From positions 4,900,001-4,964,000 of the forward strand of contig NC_087246.1 of assembly GCF_037042905.1 (NCBI RefSeq): a stretch of 64,000 nucleotides of DNA, read 5' to 3'. Every line of letters starts with the position of its first letter. The first letter of the stretch is position 1. This DNA comes from Lytechinus pictus. Its lineage: Eukaryota. Both the position numbers and the translations under genes were made by a program. The notes below the pieces were generated by a model that made no database searches, was not told where the DNA came from, and saw only the letters and a program-made list of their open reading frames with translations. Of this stretch, positions 54,453 to 64,000 are shown one piece after another.

Positions 54453-55282
54453 TTCAGATAATAACTAGTATTGAGTAAAGTATGTATGACAGCGAAAGGA
54501 TGAATAAAGGATGTGTACAATTCGAATAGATGAAAACATTATTTTAAATCACATGAAGTTACATATAAGTACAAAAATTCCTTTTTGTAATACAACGATT
54601 TTTTTTTGCTTGTTAAATTTTCATTCAACTCGAACCCTTAAAAATCCTGCGTATATACGCTGAATAGAGGGATAGACCAAAGAGACCTTTGAGCCAAAGT
54701 GACAAAGAAAGTTGTGGGAGAGCAGAGCTAAAAGACAAAAGTAATTATTGCATCATTAAAAGTAATTATAAAAACAAACAAAATATACATGAACAAATAA
54801 AGACAAAGTAAAGCACCTATATATATTTACCACTGAGTCTAGCTATCTTTCTTTATATCCTACATAAATTAAATCCTGTATGCTGATTGGTTTAAATGGC
54901 ATCATGTGACCAAACAAATTCTCACTATTTTGCGATGATGCGAAAATGAAACGCCCACCGATGAAAATGTGCTATTTCGTGACGTCAATGATGGAATAGT
55001 CGACTATTCCATCACTGACGTCACAGATCATTGACGCAGATCATGTAATTTCTCGGGCGCACCGGTCAGCGAGTTGACTCTACCGGGCAAGTCCCGTGAA
55101 GGGATGGCGCAGGCAAAAATCCGCGTTCCGCTGAGCGCGTGGTTTCGGGAAAAGTAGATCAGTCTGCGCAGCGCGTTATCTATATTTAAGTTCAGATTAA
55201 GAAAAGGTGAACTACGTGTATAAGAGTGTAGATATACTAATGTTCTACCTTATTAAACGTAGGATATAAAACAAACATACCT

Positions 55283-55456
55283 GGTGGGTGTTTCATAAAG
55301 CTGTTCGTAAGTTAAGAGCGACTTTAAGAACGACTGGTGAACCTTTCTTACGCGCGTAACTATCGCTAATGAACATACCATTTACCACAATAAAGGATCA
55401 CCAGTCGTTCTTAAAGTCGCTCTTAACTTACGAACAGCTTTATGAAACGGCCCCCA
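55283..55456. mobile_element. Palindromic MITE (Harbinger-like GG..CC ends); partial relative at ~330-470
   Basis: ~52-bp perfect arms gtttcataaagctgttcgtaagttaagagcgactttaagaacgactggtga and their reverse complement. Confidence 0.75.
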
Positions 55457-56340
55457 GGCCTTTGTTTCGAAAGTATAGAGAGAATTATTTATCCTCGGTT
55501 GTACTGGCAAAATTACTATTTTGCCTCTCGGGAAAATAGTAATGCCATGCAGTTCAACCTCGGAAAATAATTCCCGCTAACTTACTCAAAGCCTGGTATA
55601 TTTGTATAACATATCTTTCCTTAATCCATAGTATATATTTTTTTTATATATAATCTTATTCTTTTTTTTATATCTCATTCACCTTTTTTTTTCTTTCACG
55701 CTTTTGGATTGCAATTTTCAATTAAAATGAGCATGCCCCTTGACCCAAAGTAACAGTAAAATTAAAAAAACCTGTTTCTATATAGATGAAAGATGTAAAG
55801 GAAGTTTGCAGTTGTAAAATTGATACAAACTTCCAGCAATATGCTTTTTTTCACAACAATGGACCTTTGTAATAAGAGCAATTGTTAGTTTCGGTTAAAA
55901 GGAAATTTTTGAGATATTATACCAATACCAGGATACTAATGAAAGCTGTGATTTTAATCACAACTACATGTTTTATTTTTACTTGTTTTTTTTAACAATA
56001 ATTTATCTGAAAAAAAGTGGTAAGATTTGATCACAAGCCAAAATATGTTCGAGATTAACTTCAGGCACAGATGCAGAATCGAGCTATTACGGGGTGAGAT
56101 TTTATCCGGGGGAAAAATGCGCCCACATCTTCCATTCACGCCTGAACTTGAAAACGGGATCCTCTTGGAATTATTATCAATATTTTTTTTTGCTCTCCCC
56201 CTCCCCTTATTCTGAATATCTTCATCCCTTTATTGCGATCCTCTTTTCTCATTCCATTTCTTTTCACTTCTTCCCCTTTTTTCTTATTGTATTTTGCGCC
56301 GCGGCTGCTCCCCCCCCCCTTCAGGATTCGTCTACACTAT

Positions 56341-56556
56341 GGGGGTGTTGCAAGAAAATATTTGCGATCAATTGCAAATATTCTGTTGCAATTTTACAAC
56401 TTTTATAGATCAACGTTAGTGTAGCAAATCAGATTAAAATTCTTGTTTCAAGGAGCAGATTAGCAATCAATCGCTAATTTGCAATTAACTACAAGACAAG
56501 TGATTGATTTAGGGACCAAAAAGAGACTTTTAATTGATCGCAAGTTTCTTGCAACA
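56341..56556. mobile_element. Palindromic MITE (GGGGTGTTGCAAGAAA family)
   Basis: tgttgcaagaaa...ttgcgatcaatt pairs with aattgatcgcaagtttcttgcaaca. Confidence 0.6.
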
Positions 56557-58013
56557 TTGGCGGTGGAGCAGAGGATTATCTTTTGTGTTTGGGGGGACGC
56601 AACAATAGGCGTCCCCCCACAACACAAAAGATAATCCTCTGCTCCGCCGCCAATGGTGTTGCAAGAAACTTGCGATCAAAATGTCATATAGAAAAAATTA
56701 TGTGTACGTCAGAGGGCCGTGCCATATTATAAGCACCTCAAGAAAATATGTTAAACTACCAATTAATGAAAGCTCTATCGATTTAATTTAACGAGTCCAT
56801 TGGTCAAGCTCAAAGCAAAGGCCTACTGCACTGTATCCGATCATTGTCAGAGAAGGGAATTGTTAGTGAGATTATTCCCTGGTCGATCAGAGGGTATTTC
56901 ACGAAGAATCTTTACAGTGATCTTCATTACAACCGTGTTACAAGCTATGAATATCCTTGCATCTGATTGGCTGGTACCAACTTTGTCAATGTAAATCACT
57001 GACAATGTACGTGTGTCGTGAAAATTCATACAACCGGGACTTTTGAATTGAATTCGGTAGACGTATATAAAATAGGCTCCTATAGGCTATGTACAGCTTC
57101 GATTATGTGAACGTGATCTTCTGCTCTCTCTCTCTCTCAGGCTGAGTTTCTTCATCTATGGATATGGTGGCAATGTAAGTCAACTCTCTTTCATCATGTT
57201 CATGCACTGTATACAGTAGTTTGAAAATATATATTATATTCATGTTTTTAGAGAGAGAGGGGGAGAGGGGATCCTGCATTATCAAAGAACAGTTTTGCAG
57301 TCTCTCATTTCATCATCACCATTGTTAGGCCTACGTATGAATATAGGCCTATGTATAGTTTTCGAAGATCATTAATTTCCCAGGATTTTGGGCATTTCGA
57401 TCTTTTATTCAATTTTTTTAATATACTTTATTGCACATAATTTAGTTAATTTTGCAATTCATTTAGACAGCTGCTTTTTTATATAGACCTAGATACAAAC
57501 AGGCCTACACTGTAAAAACGCTGTTTAAAATTTTAAGCACCTTGTTTAAGCCCGTCACTCTAACAACTACTGTTGTTATTTGAAAAGTTTAATCAATTAC
57601 ATAAAGTCTAAACAACCTGTTGTTAGAGTGACAGGCTTAAAAAACGTGCTACTTTATTTACTGTATGGTATCTAAATGTCCTTGTAATGGGAAATTATTT
57701 AATTTCATAAAATATTCAATCTTGTTATGGTTTCAGAAAACAATGTATGGAGACCACGGGGATAATATTGTCCAAGGGTTACTCGATGAACATCTAATGT
57801 CAGTTAAAGACGTTGAAACAATTTTCATTCCTTTTCTTCTTCAAAAGTATCATGAATGTATTTGTTGGTGCTGTATATAATATATGCACATTTGTTGTCG
57901 ATTTTTATTCATCTATATGAAAATGTATTAGACAAAAATAACACTTATATATATCACTTGTAATTATTATCAGATGATCTCTTAATGATCTTTGGAGGTT
58001 TGCATGGTGGAGT

Positions 58014-59204
58014 TTATAACATGGAGAAGGTTTACGGTTCACCATGTGTATTTATGAAGGAGGGAAGGAAATACAGGCAGAAAGATTGAAATGGAAAGAC
58101 GAGATAGGATAAAAAGAGGAAATTAGAAGTATTCTTTTCTTGAAACTGAGTGAATTCCTGAAAAGGACTGTAAACCAGATGAGATGAGCTGAATATGGCT
58201 TGAGTAGCGAAGGTTTGAGTAGTAGCAGGATGAAGTGAAGCTACTACGCAAACCATCGCTACATGGCTTGAGTAGCGATTGTTTGAGTAGTAGCGGGATA
58301 AAGTGAAGCTACTACGCAAACCATCGCTACATGGCTTGAGTAGCGATTGTTTGAGTAGTAGCGGGGTAAAGTGAAGCTACTACGCAAACCATCGCTACAT
58401 GGCTTGAGTAGCGATTGTTTGAGTAGTAGCGGGATAAAGTGAAGCTACTACGCAAACCATCGCTACATGGCTTGAGTAGCGATTGTTTGAGTAATAGTAG
58501 CGGGATAAAGTGAAGCTACTACGCAAACCATCGATACATGGCTTGAGTAGCGATTGTTTGAGTAGTAGCGGGATAAAGTGAAGCTACTACGCAAACCATC
58601 GCTACATGGCTTGAGTAGCGATTGTTTGAGTAGTAGCAGGATAAAGTGAAGCTACTACGCAAACCATCGCTACATGGCTTGAGTAGCGATTGTTTGAGTA
58701 GTAGCGGGATAAAGTGAAGCTACTACGCAAACCATCGCTACATGGCTTGAGTAGCGATTGTTTGAGTAGTAGCGGGATAAAGTGAAGCTACTACGCAAAC
58801 CATCGCTACATGGCTTGAGTAGCGATTGTTTGAGTAGTAGCGGGATAAAGTGAAGCTACTACGCAAACCATCGCTACATGGCTTGAGTAGCGATTGTTTG
58901 AGTAGTAGCGGGATAAAGTGAAGCTACTACGCAAACCATCGCTACATGGCTTGAGTAGCGATTGTTTGACTAGTAGCGGGATAAAGTGAAGCTACTACGC
59001 AAACCATCGTTACTCAAGTCTTATTCAGTTCATCTCATCTGGTTATTACAGTAATTTTAAGGACTTCACTCACTTTCAAGAAAAGAATACTTCTAATTTC
59101 CTCTTTTTATCCTATCTCGTCTTTCAATTTCAATCTTTCTTCCTGTATTTCCTTCCCTTCTCCATATTACACATGTTGAACCGTAAACCTTCTCCACGTT
59201 ATAA
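58014..59204. mobile_element. Foldback element with ~200-bp terminal inverted arms enclosing a tandem array
   Basis: 58014-58210 (ttataacatggagaaggtttacggttc...) is the imperfect reverse complement of 59006-59204 (...gaaccgtaaaccttctccacgttataa). Confidence 0.85.
58195..59012. repeat. Minisatellite: 12 copies of a 68-bp self-complementary unit
   Basis: Unit atggcttgagtagcgattgtttgagtagtagcgggataaagtgaagctactacgcaaaccatcgctac. Starts at 58195, 58263, 58331, 58399, 58467 (71 bp), 58538, 58606, 58674, 58742, 58810, 58878, 58946. Confidence 0.95.
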
Positions 59205-61289
59205 GTATTATGTTTTCTAAGATAATAGGATTACTTGAACATACAAGACATTGACATGAACCCTGGCAGATGGGGATATTAACCCCCTCCCCCACCCCCC
59301 TCAGAGATGTCTTGTATATAGGCCTACAACCCTATACTTTTCAAGACAGAAACGACAAATTTTAAAATCAAATGATCGATATGCTACTGTAAGGCGTACA
59401 TTCATCTTTATACTGCTTAAACCAGTCCAAATTTACATTATCCGATCAAAAAAAAAATCATCTTGTGGTCTCTGATTTTCATCGTGTAAGTGTGGTTTAA
59501 ACGAATTTTAAATAAAGTTATAGTTTTAAACATTAAAAAAAATCGACGCACGCGGTACCCTTTAAGTAAATAGGGAGATCATGGTATCTGTAGGAAGGCA
59601 CGGTTCTAAACTCTTTTCTTTTTGGTGGGGGGGGGGGGCCGGCTTTTGGAGGCTTTAGGAAATTTTAACATTTACAAGATAAACTGATAATACCAGATCG
59701 CCCCGTGATTTTTCATAGTCACCTTTTCATTATTAAAATCGTACACAACAATAATAAAGGAACTAAATCTAGCCTTGGAAGTGGAGTCAAAGGGTATTAT
59801 TTTTAATTTTGGACGCGGGCCGCTCGTGCACTCGTTAAGGGTATAAAAACACAGCTTTTAAAAAAAAAATGGGTGGTTTTGAAAAACTGGTCAATGGTCG
59901 ATCGCAGGGTCAAACGTAGCTATTTTTTATAGGGCTTTTTTTTTAAAATCTTTTTTTTTCTAAGACTATAGCCAAACGTCTTTAGGGTATGTTTTTCCCT
60001 AAGCCTTTTCCTTTTACCTTAATTAATACCGAATTTGGATGACACTTATTTACAGTGTTAACATTGTATTCCTTTGTAGTATTTTAACCCTAACTGCACT
60101 TGGGAGCATGCAATACCCATGAATATAGTTTTGTCTTTATAAGCTTATTGTTAGCAAGTAGAAAAAACTTGTTTAGGTGTCATATTCTGGCGACAACTAA
60201 TAGGGGTCAAAATTTGTAAATGATGCCTGCCGAAAACTTGTTTAGGGGGTTTTCTTTGCACACAGAGAAAAACTCGTTTAGGGGGTGTTTGGAAATAATG
60301 GGTCATGCATGTGTACAACAATACATTTGACTGCCCCCCCCCCCCGGGTAGCATTGCCACTTTAGACTGTTGGTGAGGCGAGTACTGTGCCTACTCAGTA
60401 ATGTGTATCAACTTTTATCTTAGTTTACTTGTGTAAGGTATTATTGTGCATGCCAGAACTGTAGTAAATTTCACCGCTTTCCCTCTTTTTTCTAACTGGA
60501 TGCCTATGAACTTAACATGTCCAATGGGGCAAATGAGGCCCCCGGAATACATAATTAGCACTGTGTGGGTCCATCTGATAAAACAGTAAAATGCAGTGTA
60601 GATATCTCCACACTTGCTTATGTTCACCAAAAGTATTCATTTTCAATAGAACATGTATAAACATGATAATATAACTTTTACAGTTGAAAACACAATCCTA
60701 CAATTATTTTTGTTTCATCATATTGGATAAGATGAATAAATAAATCCTTAAATGGGGGCTCTTAGGAGAATAATAAAAATCTTATCCTGTGATTGTTACT
60801 AGTGAATGTTCAGTGATTGTATCAAACTAACTGACCTATTTCTACTTTGAATATATAGCGACACAAATTAGTTTTTAATCAAGGGGCCTCATTTGCCCCA
60901 CTTCGATGGGGGCAATTTAATAAGGCCACCTGACAACAATACTTAATGCTCATTAATATGCAAATGAGATTGATTAGTTATCACATTTCTCTTGGATAAT
61001 ATAGGTCTGCTGTAGACCTAATATTATACCTCTAATCACATTTCTGTGGGTGTGCATTAAAAAGATATGAATGGAATTATGAAATAGGTGTACTTATTTA
61101 CCCCCACTCTCCCATATATGTATGCTTGCTTCAATTGCTCGCAACGTTAGAACTCTTGCTTCATCCGCCATGTCGATGTTGGTCCCCTCAAAAGATTTTG
61201 CTCATTACGCCACCAATAATATTGTGAGATTAGAGATAAACACTCGTCCACTCATCACATGATCTACCTCCAATTAGTCTACTGTCATT

Positions 61290-61602
61290 CCGTCCTTCAA
61301 TATTTCGTCTAACAACCATTTGGTCCAGTGACCATTTGGTCCAATCATCACTTCGTCTAATCACCAGTTTGTCTTTGATCATTTCGTCTCATAACCATTT
61401 GGTTTAATATCCATTTATTCTCATTTATTTCAATTAGACCAAATGGTATATGCACTAAATGGCTATTGGACCAACTGGTTATTAGACGAAATGGTGAGTG
61501 GACAAAATGGCAATTAGATCATAAAGATAGTGGAAGAATTGATGGTAGACCAAATGAGAGTGAAGAGATGGTAATTGGACAAATTTATATTAGACCAATT
61601 GC
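61290..61602. repeat. Degenerate palindromic element with (ttggtc/ttcgtctaa) and (gaccaa/ttagacgaa) subrepeats; relatives near 5205-5345 and 8200-8330
   Basis: Mirror arrangement of short subrepeats on the two halves. Confidence 0.55.
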
Positions 61603-61604
61603 AC

Positions 61605-64000
61605 ATAAACCCTGTGAATAATGAGCATATACTGCATGGGCTTGGCCCTTAAAGTGTAGGAGAACGGAATGCACAGACAGATTATCATTATTTCTTTGTA
61701 TTTGTAAGAATGTAGTTAGTATCTGTCTGGTAGATGGTATCCTGTGGATGATGAGCCTACTGCTGGGCTTGACCCTTAAAGTGTAGGAGGACGGAACGCA
61801 CAGACAGATTATTATCATTTTTTTAATGTTTTTTTTTAAATGTAGGTAATCATTTGTTGCATTTTTAAAATGTAGTTTATTTCTGTCTGGGAGATGGTGT
61901 CCTGTGAATAATGAGCCTACTGGGCTTGACCCTTAAAGGACAAGTCCACCCCAATAAAAAGTTGATTTGAATAAAAATAGAAAAATCCATCTAGTATAAC
62001 GCCGAAAATTACATCAAAATCGGATGTAAAATAAGAAAGTTATGTCATTTTAAAGTTTCGCTTAATTTCACAGTAATATGCACATCCTTTTCGGTATGCA
62101 AATGAGGAGACTGATTACATCATCCACTCACTATTTCTTTTGTATTTTATTATATGAAATATGAAATATGAAATATTCTAATTTTTTCCTCATTGTCAAG
62201 TGAAACAATGATTAATTCCTCCCTGAACATATGGAACTAACATTGTTTAATACTATATGGTCTAGTCAAGTTGATCCTTATTGTCAAATCTGTAAAAATT
62301 GAAATATTGTATAATTCAAACAATAAAAACAAAAGAAATAGTGAGTGATGGACATCATCGACCGTCTCATTTGCATGTCACTGAGTTGTACATGTCACTT
62401 TTTGTGAAAAAAGAACAAAACTTAAAAATGTCATAACTTTCTTATTTTACCACCGATTTTGATGAAATTTTGAGCGTTATGCTAGTTTGATTTTTCTCTA
62501 TTTATTCAAATCAACCGTTTTCTGAGGTGGACTTGACCTTTAAAGTGTAGGAGAACGGGACGCCCAGACAGACTATTATCATTTTTTATGTTTATATTTA
62601 AATGTAGTTAATTATTTTTTGTGTTTGTAAAATGTAGTTAATTTCTGTCTGGTAGATGGTGCCTGTGAATGATGAGTCTACTGGGCTTGCCCCTGATAGT
62701 GTAGAAGAACGTAACGCCCAGACAGACTATCAATATATTTTTTTTCAATTTTTAGTAATTGTAAGAATGTATTCAAAATCTTAAAGTGTAGGAGTACGGA
62801 ACGCCCAGACAGATTATTATCATTTTTTATGTTTATATTTAAATGTAGTTAATTATTTTTTGTGTTTGTAAAATGTAGTTAATTTCTGTCTGGTAGATGG
62901 TGCCTGTGAATGATGAGTCTACTGGGCTTGCCCCTGATAGTGTAGAAGAACGTAACGCCCAAACAGACTATCAATATATTTTTTTTTCAATTTTTAGTAA
63001 TTGTAAGAATGTAGTTAATTTCTGTCTGGGAGACGGTGTCCTGTGAATGATGAGCCTTCTGGGCTTGGCCCTTAAAGCGTAGAAGAACGGAACGCCCAGA
63101 CAGACTTTCAATTTTTATTTTTTTGTATTTGTAACTTTTGTAAGAATGTAGTTAATTTCTGTATGGGAGACGGTGTCCTGTGAATGATGAGCCTACTAGG
63201 CTTGGCCCTTAAAGTGTAAAAGAACGGAACGCCCAGACAGACTATCAATTTTTATTTTTTATTTTTTAGTATTTGTAAGAATGTAGTTAATTTCTGTTTG
63301 GGAGACGGTGTCCTGTGAATGATGAGCCTACTGGGATTGGCCCTTAAAGTGTAGAAGAACGGAACGCCCAGACAGACTATCAATTTTAATTTTTTATTTT
63401 TTAGTATTTGTAAGAATGTAGTTAATTTCTGTTTGGGAGACGGTGTCCTGTGAATGATGAGCCTACTGGGCTTGCCCCTTAAAGTGTAGGAGAACGGAAC
63501 GCCCAGACAGATTATCAATATATATATATTTTTTTTAGTATTTGTAAAAATGTAGTTAATTTTCGTCTGGGAGATGGTGTTCTGTGAATGTTGAGCCTAC
63601 TGGGCTTGGCCCTTAAAGTGTAGAAGAACGGAACGCCCAGACAGACTATCAATTTTTATTTTTTAGTTTTTGTTAAAATGTAGTTAATTTCTGTCTGTGA
63701 GATGGTATCCTGTGAATGACAGGCCTACTTGGATTGCCTCTTAAAGTGTAGGAGGACAAAACGCTGAGACAGATTATTATGTTTTTTTTGTATTTGTAAA
63801 ATGTAGTTAATTTCTGTCTGGGAGAAGGTATCCTGTGTATATAATGAGCCTACTGGGCTTGCCCCTTAAAGTGTAGGAGAACGGAACGCCCAGACAGATT
63901 ATCAATATTTTTTTATGTTTTTGTATTTTGTAAGAATGTAGTTAATTTCTGTCTGGGAGACGGTGTCCTGTGAATGATGAGCCTACTGGGCTTGCCCCTT
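61605..64000. repeat. Satellite / tandem array, ~125-155-bp unit, about 14 copies, running off the window end
   Basis: Conserved core cctgtgaatgatgagcctactgggcttggcccttaaagtgtagaagaacggaacgcccagacaga plus a variable T-rich linker and atgtagttaatttctgt. Confidence 0.92.
61937..62539. mobile_element. Full-length Kolobok-like MITE inserted in the satellite
   Basis: TTAA|AGGACAAGTCCACC ... GGTGGACTTGACCT|TTAA with long imperfect inverted arms. It splits a satellite unit at CCTTAA^AGTGTAGG. Confidence 0.8.

Noticed and set aside
58195..59012. CRISPR array (regularly spaced palindromic repeats)
   Set aside because: The intervening sequences are identical rather than unique spacers, there are no cas genes, and the context is eukaryotic.
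61605..64000. CRISPR-like array or repetitive protein gene (ORFs 61585..61818, 63252..63518)
   Set aside because: The variable parts are homologous T-rich linkers whose lengths break the frame. It is an ordinary satellite.

Overview
AT-rich animal genomic DNA with spliceosomal introns, tRNA-derived SINEs, many MITEs and poly-G runs. The repeat landscape suggests a marine invertebrate, probably a sea urchin (inference). The core is a head-to-tail pair of minus-strand cyclic-nucleotide-gated (CNG) channel genes, rebuilt by hand exon by exon: gene A 30511->14697 (11 exons, ~696 aa) and gene B 52054->37910 (12 exons, ~691 aa). All introns are GT-AG, phases are consistent, and seven internal exons have identical lengths in both genes. 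They resemble the invertebrate CNG-like (CNGL) clade, not HCN or CNGK. The paralogs are well diverged yet share a 184-bp perfectly identical tract over S1-S2 (apparent gene conversion). They differ at pore (TIGE vs TIGD) and nucleotide-binding (FGED/RRIAD vs FGEI/RRTAN) residues and in the number of C-terminal coiled-coil exons. The rest is a decayed CR1/L2-group LINE, SINEs, non-autonomous DNA transposons (hAT-, Kolobok-, Tc1/mariner-, Academ- and Helentron-like), microsatellites and a ~135-bp satellite at the right end. Also notable are a foldback element enclosing 12 tandem 68-bp hairpin units (58014-59204) and an unidentified decayed coding-like island (~1.45-3.16 kb). No database searches were run, so family names come from motif recognition.
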